Part shown: positions 36,690-48,775 of the stretch, piece after piece
Position numbering within the stretch: the first letter of the stretch is position 1
How the letters are laid out: every line of letters begins with the position of its first letter
Assembly (NCBI GenBank): GCA_026770705.1
Contig: JANJGN010000188.1
Span: forward strand, 620,001 to 684,000
DNA from: Isurus oxyrinchus
Taxonomy: Eukaryota
Length of the DNA: 64,000 nucleotides
Reading direction: 5' to 3'
The notes under the pieces: generated by a model
The model's input: the letters and a program-made list of their open reading frames with translations, nothing else
Database searches by the model: none
Told to the model about the DNA's origin: nothing
Position numbers and translations under genes: made by a program

Positions 36690-37425
36690 TACTGTACCTT
36701 TGTGCATTGTTTTTGTTTAATGCTTCTGATTAGTTCTTGTTTATCGTGCTTTTGTAAGATGCTCTCCTTCAAAAGCCTTTCCAATTTCCTTCTAAAATTA
36801 TTCACTAAATTATCTTGTACCACCTTTTCAGGTGGGGCGTTGCAAATCCCACCAACTGAGTGGAAATGTCTCTGCTAACGTCCTCTGTATATCTCTTGGT
36901 CAATGACTTTGTATCCACGGCCCTTATGTATTGACCTACAAGCAGAGAGACTATTTTCCTGTTTACCCTCCCCAAACCTCAGGTGATTTGGAAAACCACC
37001 AATCGGTGATTTTCTAATCTTCAATGTCCATAGTGCAACAGCCCAAACTTCCCCAGCAACAACTCATGAGTGAACTATTTCATCCTTGAAAACCTCCCTG
37101 CGAGCGTCCTCTTCACCCTTTCTCATGACTTGCTGAAGATCAGTGACCATCCTTACCCAGAGGGCTCCTTGCTAAAGTCGAACTGCAGTTGCTAACGGTC
37201 TAGTATGATCCCGATGCTTGAATACACTATTTCTAGATGTGTAAACCCAAATAACCAATATGCCTTTCGATCTACATTGCAAACCTTGCGGTATGGAGAC
37301 AAATGTCCCTCTGCTCATCCATAATTTACAAAAATCTCGCACTTAGAATGTAGCGACTTTCCATAATAGTCCTCCCAAAGTTCATAATTTCATTGCTTAC
37401 ACCCAGGTATTGAAATTTGTATACT
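36690..37425 (-). mobile_element. CR1 LINE fragment, old
   Basis: CR1 3' end features (NNFRRKLERLLKE) and degenerate RT region. Confidence 0.65.
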
Positions 37426-38084
37426 TTTAAGTGTGTTATTATTATGTGTGCGTCTTACCTTCTGAACGCCTTTCTCAGCGGGTCTTTCTTTCCCTGGAAG
37501 CCTTTCTCATTGCCAGTTTCAACGAATGAAGCGGTAGAATTGCGAGGTGTATCTCTGTCCTTCATTTTCTACCTCACAGTGTTTGAATGTCTGTCTGTTT
37601 GTCTCTGTTTCCCTCTCCTTGACCTTTCCATTTAATAAAAACAATCTTCCAATCGGACGGATTAATAGGTGCAGGACCATTCTCATATCCCATGATCTCC
37701 TCAGTATTCAATAATCGATGGATTTCAGCTTTGAATATATTGAGCTATCACAATCCTGTACGGTAGGGAGCTTCAAAATTACACAAACATTTGAATGAAG
37801 AAATTTCTACTTATCACTAATTATACTAAACTCCAAAGAGAATAACCTCATTTTACTCAATCACTGTCCTGAATCCAGGAATGGATCTAGGGATCAAGCT
37901 CTATTATCAGCACGTGCAGTTCGACCTTTAGAAAATGCTGGATTTATTCAGCAGGTCAGACAGCACCTTTGGCTTTCCGACCTGAAAGATTAATATTGAT
38001 TCTCTCCAAGGAAGCTGTCGTGTTTGCAGAGTATAACAGGAATTTTGTATTCTTACTTCAGATTACTGATATCTGCAGTTGCTA

Positions 38085-39345
38085 CGAACATACGAAATAG
38101 GAGCAGAAGTAGGCCAATTGGCCCCTGGAGGCTGCTCCTCCATTCACCAAGATCATAGTTGATTTGTTTGTATTTCGAGTTCTACATACCCATCTACCCC
38201 GAAACCTTTGAACCCCTTGCTTCACAAGAATCTATCTACCTCTATCTTTAAAATATTAAATGACACCACCTCCACTGCTTTCTGAGGCAGGGAGTTCCAA
38301 TGTTGCATAACCGTCTGAGGGAGAAAAATATCCTACTTTCTGCCATACAAGGAACACATCTAATTTTGAGAGTACACCCTAGTTTTGGGCTTACCCACAA
38401 GAGGAAGCATCCTTTCCATGTCCTCAAGGCCAGTTAGAATCTTATATACATCAATGAAGGCACCCCTCACTCTTCTAAACTACAATGGAAACAAACCCAG
38501 CCTGTCCAAACTATCCTCATAAGAGAACCCGCTCATTCCAGGTAGCAATGTAGTGAACCCCCTCTGAACAGCTGATAGCTCACTTACACCACACCTTAAG
38601 TAAACTGCAATACAGTATTACTGATGTGGCGTCATCAATCCCCAAAAAATTGAAGCATAGCATACTTACTTCGGTGATTCATTCCTCTAGTAATAAAGGA
38701 ACGCATTCTGTTAGACTTTTGCACTACTTGCTGTATCTGCATGCTAACTTTTTTTGACTCATGAACTAAGACACCTAGAACCTGGAAACTCTACAGTGGT
38801 TCTCAAAGTAATTAACGATTTTATTTAAATTCTCCATCGCAAAGTGAATAACTTCGTGTTTTCCAACATTATAATCCATCTGTCAGATTTTTGTCCACTC
38901 ACTCAACCCATCTATTTCCATGTGCAAATTGCTTCGGTCTTATTCACAACTTTCCTACCTATCTTTGTGCCATTCGCAAATTTAGCTTCCAGGCCTTCAC
39001 TCCCCTCATCTAAGCCATTGATGTAAATTGTAAAAAGTTGAGGCTCCAGCATGTATCCCTGCGCTACCCCACTCGTCACATCCTGCCAATCAGACACAGG
39101 CACATTTACACTTACTCGTTGGTTCTGACAGAAAGCCAGCCTTCTCTCCATGTCAATGTGTTACCCCCTATACCATGAGCATTTATTTTCTGCAATAACC
39201 TTTGATGTGGCACCTTCTCAAACGCCTTTTCAAAATCCAAGTACAGCATGTCTACAGGTTCCCTTTCATCCATGAAACATGCTTCTCTTGCCAAAAAAAA
39301 ATCAAATAAATTTGTTAAATGTGATTTCCCTTTCACAAAACCATG
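38085..39345 (-). mobile_element. CR1 LINE 3' ~1.3 kb
   Basis: KGKSHLTNLFDFF...VDMLYLDFEKAFEKVPHQRLL; VTSGVAQGYMLEPQLFTIYINGLD...KFANGTKIG; 3' tail AGGAGCAGAAGTAGGCC. Confidence 0.92.
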
Positions 39346-40612
39346 CTGAGCGTGGCTTTTGCGAGAGTCTGGTGAACCATCGTTATATCATATCTATCGG
39401 AAATATATCCTATTTCAGGGAGGGACTCCATACTGACATTTATTCGTTTATTTCAGGTCCTTTGCAGCAAAAGCTGCCCAGAACAAAGAGAAACTGGCAG
39501 ATGTCAACATCCTGGGACTCCCTCCCTCGCAAGACTCTTAGTGTACCCACTCTGCTAAGGTTGAAGAAGTCAATACGTGACCAGGTTCTCTATGGGAATT
39601 AGGGATAGGCAAGGAATGATGGCTTAGCCAATGACGCCCACGCCCCATCAATGAATTAACAATTACACCGGCCTTCAGTATAGAATAAGCAATGTGATTG
39701 TGGTGATTGTTTTTACACAGACGGTGCTGGGTGTGTGTAATGGAGCAGCAAAGGAGGCAGTGGGAGCTGATTGTCGCAAACAGTTTGCGAGAGTTGTTTA
39801 AGCCCTTCATAGCAGCGATGGGCAATGCCTTGGGTTTGACTGGCTCGAAACTGGGAGTTTAACAGTATTTTTCGTACACATCTAGAAGTACTGATTGAAT
39901 TTGTACTGGGAAACCAATTCCACTTTGCTTCCTTGCTCCATGTTTCCTAGTTTTGCATCGCTGAGAAAATATTATGCTGGTTTATCACCTGGTGCCTGCA
40001 ATATCTGCTCTTTGTGTTAATCCCACATTCTTACTGACAGGCTCTGCTTCTACTGTTCACTATTCTTCACTTTCGTCCCCCTGTGTCCTGGACACACAGT
40101 TCAAGGAGGGAATTATTTCCATTCATTGTGTAGAATCCTGTAGCCATTTCAGTTGGTATCCTTTCAAATCGAAATAATACAAGGGATACGGGATTATTTA
40201 GAATATGGAAATGGGTTCTCTACGCATTTCTAGAAATAAACACTGGCATCTTTATAGCTCTTTTAACACAGCTGCTGTGGTGTCTCCAATCTGGGTTACA
40301 TCTGCTTCGAGGTATGTTTATTTATGAATAATATCGTGATATTTGCAAACGGATTGTGGGTGTTTAATATTCGGGAGCGCTGTGTGAACCTGTGTGCTAG
40401 TTCTCATTGTAATTGGATTTTGAGAGGTATTTCAACGTAAATATTCTAAAAAAGTCAGATCATTCGAATTAATGAACAGAAAATAGAATAAATTTCAGTA
40501 GAGCTGTAACCAGCTGAGTCATTAAATACATCACACAAAGTCAAAAGGATATCAACATGAGCTCTGGTCGGTTCAATTATATTTTCAATGATCCCTGAAG
40601 AATCGGAACCGT

Positions 40613-40671
40613 TTCCTGGTGACCTAGTTCTGAGGTTTGTGCGCTTTCACCACCACTGCCTGTTCAGGAAA
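40613..40671 (+). pseudogene. tRNA-Glu(TTC) pseudogene with a T-arm deletion
   Basis: TTCCTGGTGACCTAGTTCTGAGGTTTGTGCGCTTTCACCACCACTGCCTG|TTCAGGAAA equals Glu-TTC minus 13 nt. A TTTTTT terminator follows at 40677. Confidence 0.75.
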
Positions 40672-40929
40672 GTACATTTTTCAGAAAAACTAACCTCTTA
40701 GATAATTCTTGTCGGTGAAGGTCAATTCTGTTTGTACCATGAAGAGCCACTGCACGTGGAACCAAACAGTTGTCAAGTGAGAAAGGACCTTTCACGTGTC
40801 ATCAACATTCATAATATCCACACAATGCAAGCACTGAATTTTATGCTCGCGGGTGAAAGGAAGTCTTCAGGGAGACAGTAAAATTCAGAATTCCACAGAT
40901 GAGCACTGTTCTGGGAGAAAAAAGAAAAC

Positions 40930-42285
40930 CGACATCGCCTCTTAAAACGGAGACCTCTCATTTTTCAACTGTGCCCCCAACTGTAGCCTCAACCCAAAAG
41001 AATCCCCTCGGGATCGCCTATGAGACCTCTAAACTCCAATGGGTGCAGGCCCAAACTGTCATCATAAGATAAACCATTCATCCTAGGAATGAATTGAGTG
41101 AACTTTCTCTGAAATGCTTCTTATGCATTTGTTATGACCTGGCTGATGTTATGTGCCAGTTGGGCCAAATACACAAGGATAACTTGGCCACTCTATGACA
41201 ACGGTTTTGGCAATTTGTATTTATTACGAGAAGGTTTTTACAATGAACTCAGAGGAATTGATTCCAATAACACATTTAGATATTTGAAATTAAGTTAAAA
41301 CATTTATTAACAAAAGGAAAAAAAATAAACGCACAAAGGATTAAAGTTACACCGATAGCTAGTATTAACATTTCTCAAAATTCTTAATTAAACAGGTCGC
41401 AAACTCCACTCCCCCTATAACGCAACAGTCCAAGATAAGTTTGCAACTAAAAAATCAACTGAACACACGAACTACTGGACAGTGGATTCCCAAAGTCTTG
41501 TAACCCAACATTTCTGTTACTGGACAGAGCAGACTTCTGCTAAAGAAGCTGGAAGCTTTGCCACAAGGAGTGCTTCACACGGTGCACTTTTCAATCTCAA
41601 AATGTCAAACCCCCTATCCAGTCTTTCATCCATCTTCATATATGTTTCTCTCTCTTTAATCTCTAAATTTAATTGTTTCACAGCTCTTTGGAAGTTTAAT
41701 TTTCCCGGTATATAAAAATCTTTCATTAAGTCAATATGGCCTCTCTCCTTTTGGGAAAAATAAACATAATAATCTTGCCCTATTTATTTTGTCAATTGCA
41801 AACACCCTATTATATCTTTCAACCGCAACCACCGTTCCACTTAATTTAAAATGCAAATTTATTTCACACCCTACATGCTGCTCTCATTCATGTTTACTCA
41901 TTAGCATTGCAAATGTATTTTTGCACCTAACATGTTTTGATCAGTTCAACCTTACAGTCTATCTGACTTTTCTTCAATTAATTCAGTCACTTAGGCAGAA
42001 CCAACCACACACACATACACATATAAACCTACAATAATATTATGAAACATATTATCGTTTCATGACGAATTCATTTTTTTTTCAAATAGGGAGGCCAAAA
42101 CTGTACACAGTATTCCAAATGTATCCTTACCAAGCTACTGTACAGCTGCAGTAAAAGTTCACTACTTTTATATTCCATTCTTCCTCAATAGACGTCAACA
42201 TTGCCTTTGTCTTCCTAACTCTTGTTGGACTGGCATACAAACTTTTTTAGCGATTCATGTAATCGGGCACCACTATCCCTGTACA
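40930..42285 (-). mobile_element. CR1 fragment split by a solo LTR
   Basis: GAACTTTCTCTGAAATGCTTCTTATGCATT (to 41129) continues as ...AAATAGGGAGGCCAAAACTGTACACAGTATTCC after 42068. Confidence 0.75.
41130..42067. mobile_element. Solo LTR (~938 bp)
   Basis: Termini TGTTATGA...TCATGACG (inverted, terminal CA changed to CG). Imperfect 4-bp TSD CATT/AATT, and the element cleanly interrupts a CR1. Confidence 0.75.
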
Positions 42286-42819
42286 GATATAGTCAGTTGA
42301 AGAAACTCTTTCTGTTCGCTTGGAATCTGGGACTATGGGCGACAGTTAAAAAAAAAAAGTTAGATTTCAACATTGAAATTAGGAAACAACCCCACACACC
42401 AAGAGTGCTGTAAGTTCAGAGCTCCCTTCTGTACATGGTAACTGGTGGTTTTAATATAAATCTGTGATCGATAGCGTTTTATTGCAAAAAAAATCATTAA
42501 TGTGCAAAAGCGACTTGGTTCCCAATTGACCACGATATCTCTGAATAACCGAACAGAATCTACTGACTAAATCGCCTTACCAAAAGCAAGATTGAGGAAA
42601 AGTGGATCATCTTTCGGCTCAGCACTCTGCAGCCTCCAGAACTCAAAACTGTGTTCATCAATTTTAGAACATAATATTCGCCTCCATCTTGTTTACTATT
42701 TTTATTCCCTTTGCTGGCTTGGTTTGGTCCCGTTTATTTAATTATTCTTTCATATTGTCTTCGGGCGGCTACTATGCAGCCATTCATGACCTCACATAGA
42801 CAAATTGCATTTTACCCTG

Positions 42820-43030
42820 TATTACAAGGGGATTTGGACTACAAGAAGAAATAAGTCTTACAAAAATAGCCCAGGGCTTTGGTGACACCATAACTTTAAT
42901 ATTGCTTGCAGTTGTGGTCTCCATATTTAAGGAAGGATACAATTTCATTAGAGGTGGCACACAGAATGTTCACTAATAGGTCCCCGGGGTGAGGTGTCTG
43001 TCCTATGCTGAGATGCTGAGTAAAATGGAG
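42820..43030 (+). mobile_element. CR1 fragment
   Basis: GGGCTTTGGTGACACC...TGGTCTCCATATTTAAGGAAGGATA, the CR1 ORF2 C-terminal WSPYLRKD motif. Confidence 0.7.
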
Positions 43031-43563
43031 CATCATTCCGGTTCTCCCAGGCGGTGGTTCCATATGTTACTATCCTGAACTACCAAACCAGGCGTCCATC
43101 ATGCTCCCGGCTTAAGTTCCATTGCCATCGCCCCTGACATGAGGTTCAATCTCTCCTCGCACCATAACTGAGCAGATGAGGCCATCCCAAGTAGCTCGGA
43201 GGGACAGCATAGTTTTATATGTAAAAGTCCGTTTAAGGAAACATTGAATTTGTTCTATAAATTGAACATTTTTGACAGTCAATAAAATAATGGAGTTACT
43301 TACATAACTCCACATAGATACTTCATTGCAGTATTCAGCACTAAAACCATCCCACAAAAGGGCTTATGCCTTATGAAGACTTGTTATCGGTTACCCCCGT
43401 GGTCTCAGGATCAACAGATGGATGGCTTCATTTAGTTACTAGTTTTATGTGGAGGGAGCGAATCGCTGGAGGCGGAATCAGAGGACATCCTATATACTTT
43501 CCAAATCTTTACTGCAAAGATAGGTTTTTTTGAAAAGCCCTGCACAGGAATAGTACTCCTGTG

Positions 43564-43652
43564 CACAACCTGTGCACCATCCACGCCAAGCGAGTCACTA
43601 TCTTTCCCAAAGACATCCAGTTGGACGCCGCATCCGCGAGGAGCGAGTCTAA
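43564..43652 (+). pseudogene. Replication-dependent histone H3 3' fragment
   Basis: NLCTIHAKRVTIFPKDIQL/(frameshift)RRIREERV*, the H3 C-terminus. Confidence 0.85.
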
Positions 43653-43675
43653 AACACGGCTTCAGTACCAAGTGT

Positions 43676-43720
43676 AACAACAGCTCATTTCGGAGCTACC
43701 AAATGGACAAAGGGAACAGG
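43676..43720 (+). promoter_or_regulatory. Degenerate histone 3' stem-loop and purine-rich HDE
   Basis: AACAAC-AGCTCATTTCGGAGCT-ACCAA versus consensus GGCTCTTTTCAGAGCC-ACCCA, followed by CAAAGGGAAC. Confidence 0.7.
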
Positions 43721-43794
43721 CGTGATCTGTCATTGCTGAGAGCAACATTTCCTCATCCGCTAAATATTCTGTACAACTGAGTGATTTTAGAAAC

Positions 43795-43990
43795 ACCCAG
43801 TGCTTTGCTGGGCCATTTCAGGGGGACAGTTAAGAGCCCTGTGTCTGGAGTCACATGTTGACCAATCCATCGTCATGATGACAGATCTGTAACCGGTGAT
43901 CTGTATCTGATTCCAGCGATGGGGCTGGTCTTTAATTAATGGAGTGTGGGCCTGATATCTGACCTGGAATTCAGAAGCAGCATCTCCCGC
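43795..43990. repeat. SINE 3' fragment plus flank, duplicated at 56278-56465
   Basis: ACACCCAGTG...ATTTCAGGGG...CTGGAGTCACATGTTGACCAAT...ATCTGTAACC...TGATTCCAGC...TGATATCTGACC is shared between the two loci. Confidence 0.8.
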
Positions 43991-45035
43991 ACCTGTCGGA
44001 ACCACACTTTCCCACTAGAAACAGAATATGAAATTGTTTCCCCATTCGCGAAATCAATCCCTGTCCCTTTGTACCTCTCACTGGAATTTCAGCAACGTAA
44101 TATCTCACCGAAATAAATGCAATCTTCAAAGCTTTGGAAGCCCGGTGCAGATCAATGTTCTCATTTTGCACTTTCATACAGCTCGTAACAGATGAACAAC
44201 AATGTTTGCAGGAAAGCAGTGGGATAAAATTCATAACTTTGCATTGTAAATCTTGGGTTGGAGTAGGCGTTGTGAATTAGTTGGTTAAAAAGCCTTTTGA
44301 ATACACATAAGATTCTGCGTTCAAATCTTAGACGTCCCTTTATCCGTTTTGTCGGTGCATGGTTTTGAATTAAACCAATGACGTTCGGGAACAGCATTGA
44401 GAATTAGCCGCCTATATAACGAAGCCGAATCGGACAATCGTTTCCTCGGGAGGTTCATGCAGAAGGATAATTTTGAAATATTGCCGGCGATAACGGTGAG
44501 CGAGTTTTGAATGATTTATGCAAAAGCGCGTTAGGCAGGAAAGAGCAGGAAAGGATAAGTGCTGGAGTTTCTTCGATAAAGGCCCTGGACTGACATGTCT
44601 ATTTCCACACCACACTTTGTGATTCGCTCAATTTGGAACGTTGCTCCGAATGAGCTTTGATGTTTTCCATGCGATGGTGTCATACTTTCCCACAACAAAC
44701 ACCCCATGAAATTGTTTAACTAACTGCAAAATCCATCTCCGTGTCTTTTTAGCTTCCCACTACAATTATACCTTCCAGGATTCTTCGTAATATTCAAAAC
44801 TTTAAAGGCCCAGTGCAGATACCTGGGTATTAACAGCTGTCACATCTCACGCCACTGGTCAGGAGCGAGTAGTTGGTGCAATTTAGAAGATTTGTGAAAT
44901 GACACCAAAGGGAGGCTGCCGGTCTGTCTGTGAGGAAAATGCTCTGCATCGAGTGAATCCACAAATAAGGAAACACATAAAAAGTTTGACTTGTTTCTTG
45001 TTAATGAAGATGAATATCGGGAAAGGCAGAGTGAA

Positions 45036-45096
45036 GTCTGTGTTGCTCAGTCGGTAGAGCATCTGAGGGTCCAGGTTTCAAGTCCCTGTCTAGCCG
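45036..45096 (+). pseudogene. tRNA-Lys(TTT) pseudogene with a 12-nt deletion in the anticodon arm
   Basis: GTCTGTGTTGCTCAGTCGGTAGAGCATC|TGAGGGTCCAGGTTTCAAGTCCCTGTCTAGCCG equals Lys-TTT minus AGACTTTTAATC. Confidence 0.9.
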
Positions 45097-46008
45097 CTGC
45101 CAATTGACAAAAGGTGCTCGCTACACATGAAACGGCAAAAAAACCAACAATGGTACCTGAATTTTTCAAGGAGAACTGAAGAAATGGAGACGTTTCCTTG
45201 ATGTGCAAGAAAAGATCCATCCCTTCGAAATTGTGGTAGCATCGGTCAATTTTAAGAATTGTTCCAGATATTCCAAGTGTAGAAAGTGCTCCTTGATTTC
45301 CTCTTGTTTGGCACTATCGCTCTAGGCCTGTGCCAGGAATAAATGTTAAAATTCAGCCCGGTTCCTGCCGCCGGGGGAACGGCTTCTCCGTGTTTAACCT
45401 AACAATTGATTTTAACAGGTTAGAAACTTCGATCAAATCACAAAGATAAAATCAAACTACTGCAGATGCGGGAAATCTGACACAAAAACAGATGCTGGAT
45501 CAGACCACACTTCATTCTTTAATAATCAAGAGAATAGAAAACAGTTAATCCCTGAAAATTAAAAACAACGTGCAAGGAGCGGGGAAAAGGCGGGGGATTG
45601 ATTGTCGGCCAGCAGAGAAAGGATGGACCAAATGACTCCTCTTCTTCTGTACCCAATGTATGATTCTTCGAATCTAGGATTATGAAACTTGACCTCTAAA
45701 TGCAAACTACTGAACTCTGGAATCCCACTGGTGAATCAATGCCGCTTCCACTCCAAGGTCAATGTATTCCTCAATGTGTCTGGTGTCTGTAAGAAAATGA
45801 CAACAGCGGCAGGTGTGTCATGGGTTTCCGGATTCTCAAACATTCAAGGATCTCCTGATTGAATATCCACCTCAAGTCCCCACTCCTGAAAATTCTCATT
45901 TCACACTGCCTTACAGCCCTGTAGCAGGTGAACAATGTGCAATGAGTTTGCTGCCAAACAGTGGAATGCGCTTCAAAACATCGCTGCCTCGTGTTGCTTG
46001 GAATTATT

Positions 46009-46081
46009 TTGCCTTTGGTTAGTGGGTGATATCTTAGATCTAGTAATGGAGGCGATCCTGTGTTTGAATCTCAAAGGCACT
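46009..46081 (+). pseudogene. tRNA-Thr(AGT)-like pseudogene
   Basis: ...GGTTAGTGGGTG...TCTAGTAATGGAGGCGATCCTGTGTTTGAATCTCAAAGGCAC followed by a T-run. Confidence 0.65.
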
Positions 46082-46984
46082 TTTACTTATTTCAAACTCA
46101 TCAGGCAAAGCGCTGCGCATTTTTGAGTAGGTGGAGAGCGTTTAGAATGACGTGTGAATATAAATGAGCACAACAGGATCGAAATTTCCTTTGCAGCAAA
46201 CGTGCACCGTTGTCTTTATGTATCCCTCCCTCTTCAGTTCAACCGAATGAACCAATGGGTTTGTTGAGTTACGTGAATGAAAACTGCTTTGGGGTTAGTG
46301 CAGAAGCTTTGCAGGAAATCCCATTTTCTTTTCTTCTTTGATCTGGAACGCCGCACACAATATCATAAAGAGCATCATTAGGGATCAATCTCCGAAAAAC
46401 TCGAGGGATTTGAGAAGTAATTCTGGCAAAAACCAAGGCTTTAAAGACATCTCGATCAACCACAATGCATTTCAATGAATTTTGTTCTCCGCTTTCAATC
46501 CACATGGAAACTGTTCTCGACATGAATCTCACTGAAACAGAGGGTGACCGTGTGGTATCTGCCAACCTGTAGGTGATGCGCTTTGGGACACTGCAGGACG
46601 CTCTCCTGGGACTGACACAGGACCCCAGGGGAGGATTGCTGCAACGCTTGGGACACATTGACAACTTTTTCTTTTATTGCTTTGTGGATGTGAGAATCGC
46701 TGGTAAGGCCATCATTTATTTGTGGAGCCTCTTTCTCCAGTTAGTGTTAAGTTGACCACTACCATTCAGGACTGCAGGTGACAGGATTACAGAGCTTAAA
46801 CCTGACCCGTTGGTTATGGGATTAATTCGAAAGCGATTCTCTGTGAGGACAGGAAACCGAAGTTTCATGGCACAAAAACCAAAGGGTGCTGTCATTGGAA
46901 TAAGATAAACAAGATTTGTAGAAGGCACTTGTTCAGCCTCAGCTGGTGCATCCCGTCTGGTTCTGGCCGCTGCTGTTGAGAAAG

Positions 46985-47505
46985 GATGGGAAGATGTGAA
47001 GGGTGTTGGAAAGAGGGCAGAAAATATTCACGAGAGTGTTTCCTGAGATGAGGAAATTCGGTTATCAAGTTAGATTGGAAAATTAGGACTATTTTCCTGA
47101 GAGAAAAAAAAGGCTGAGTGGAGACTTGATGGGGGAATTGAAAATCACGAGGGATCTGGACAGATTGGATGTGAAGAAAATGTTCCCATTTCTGAAAGGA
47201 TCAAGTTGGAGCTGGTGCAGATTTAAAGTAGTTGTTTAAAAAATGCAATAGTGACACGAGAAAAAAAAAAGATCCTTTATCGCAGAAAGTGGTTAAGGTC
47301 TGGAATGCAACACCTCAGAGTGTGGCGGAGCAGGTTCAAGAGAAACATTCAAACCAGAGTTAGACTGTTATCTGGAAAGGAGGAACGTTCATCCGGGAAG
47401 AAGGCAGGGAATGGCACAAGGTGAATCACTCATTCGGAGAGATGGTACAGACAAAATGGGTCGAATGACCCCCTCCTACGCTGTAACATTTCTGAGTTTC
47501 TGTGA
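46985..47505 (+). mobile_element. CR1 LINE 3' end (paralog of 11720-12205)
   Basis: Collinear with the copy B insertion. Confidence 0.85.
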
Positions 47506-47509
47506 TTCT

Positions 47510-47750
47510 GTGAGTATAATAAGGAAAGAAAAGATGTGCCCAGATGAGGTTGTGAATAGCAGCACAGCAACCGCCCGAAGGTAACATGGGGAATAAAGAT
47601 AGAAACGTGACAAACCAAACTGGCCAGAAGAAAAAAAATACCCACTGGAAACAACATGGAGACAGATGTTAGGGTTAAATTCGCTGAACGCAATGTTGAG
47701 GCCAGAAGGCTGCAGTTGGAAGATGAGGTGTTCTCCTTGGAATTTTGCTG
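47510..47750 (-). mobile_element. Penelope-like GIY-YIG 3' fragment
   Basis: EHLIFQLQPSGLNIAFSEF. Confidence 0.75.
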
Positions 47751-48299
47751 TTGTTGCCGCCATTTAGTCCCGAAAACACGTTCTGTGACGTTGTGCTTGA
47801 TTGGAGAAGAGCTGCATATGCTTGGCTTTGGCTCATATTCTCTCCTACCCTTTAATAAAACTCGACGAATATCAGATTGAAAATGCAACAATTGATCAAG
47901 CATTAGTTTCCGTGTACAAAGGGAGCTTTGAAGTTCCAAACTCTTTCTGTGTAGAACTGTTTCTCAATTTCCATTCTGGCTTTAGATTTTTGACTGTGGC
48001 CCTTAGTCCGAGATTCCTAGGAAACAGAAGTAGGTTCCGGCTCCGATGTTATGTTTCCCTTGGCATCCGGAATTCTTGGATCAAATCAGTGCATGAATCA
48101 CGAGGGAGGCAGGGACAGTCAGTGCCTTCCAGGGGCTGAGCTCTGTTTTACTGTCTGGAATTGAGGAGCATGAGTAGGGAGTTCAAGAAGCAAACCGTGT
48201 TGCAGATCAACAAAGTTGAATGATTGGCGATAAGCGAGAGAGAGGAATATGAATGCCATTCAGGAAATCTTTTCCAAAATGCCTTCAGATAGAAAAGGA

Positions 48300-48775
48300 A
48301 AGCAGTACAGAAACTGGAAAACCGAAAGAAAAAAAAACAGAACATTCTGGAAACATTCAGCAGCTCATAGATCTTGTCTGGAGATGAAATGGGAACTGTT
48401 CAGGTCGATAACATTTTATCAAAATGGAAGAAAGATGTGAATATAACAGGGCTTAAAGCAGTGGAGTGTGGGAATAGGTGGGATGTACATAAGAACATTT
48501 CAATGAGGATATAGGGCATGGGGAAAGGTTTCATGGTGACAAAAATATATAATGACTGTAGGAAGTAAAGCAAAAAAAACAGGTGTCCATATAAGTTTGT
48601 GAATGGCCACCTAGCAAAAGTCCGAATGTAACATGAAGGAATAAAGAAAGAAACGTGACCAAACAATGTTGAAGCAGATGTTCTGATCAAAAATTGTTGA
48701 ACTGAGTGTTCAGTCCTGAAGGATCTATCCTACCCTGTTGAGTGACCAGGGGCAGTTCCTAGAGCTTTGCTGTTG
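48300..48775 (-). mobile_element. Penelope-like 3' fragment with terminal repeat
   Basis: Paralog of 13020-13480. GLNTQFNNF on the minus strand. Confidence 0.7.

Noticed and set aside
40480-40512. U7 snRNA-like GTTACAGCTCT...AATTT on the minus strand
   Set aside because: No proper Sm site or 3' hairpin, and the paralogous block at ~36200 does not keep the match.
44525-44570. Histone H4 N-terminus remnant
   Set aside because: Only a short purine-rich resemblance, with no H4 core sequence.
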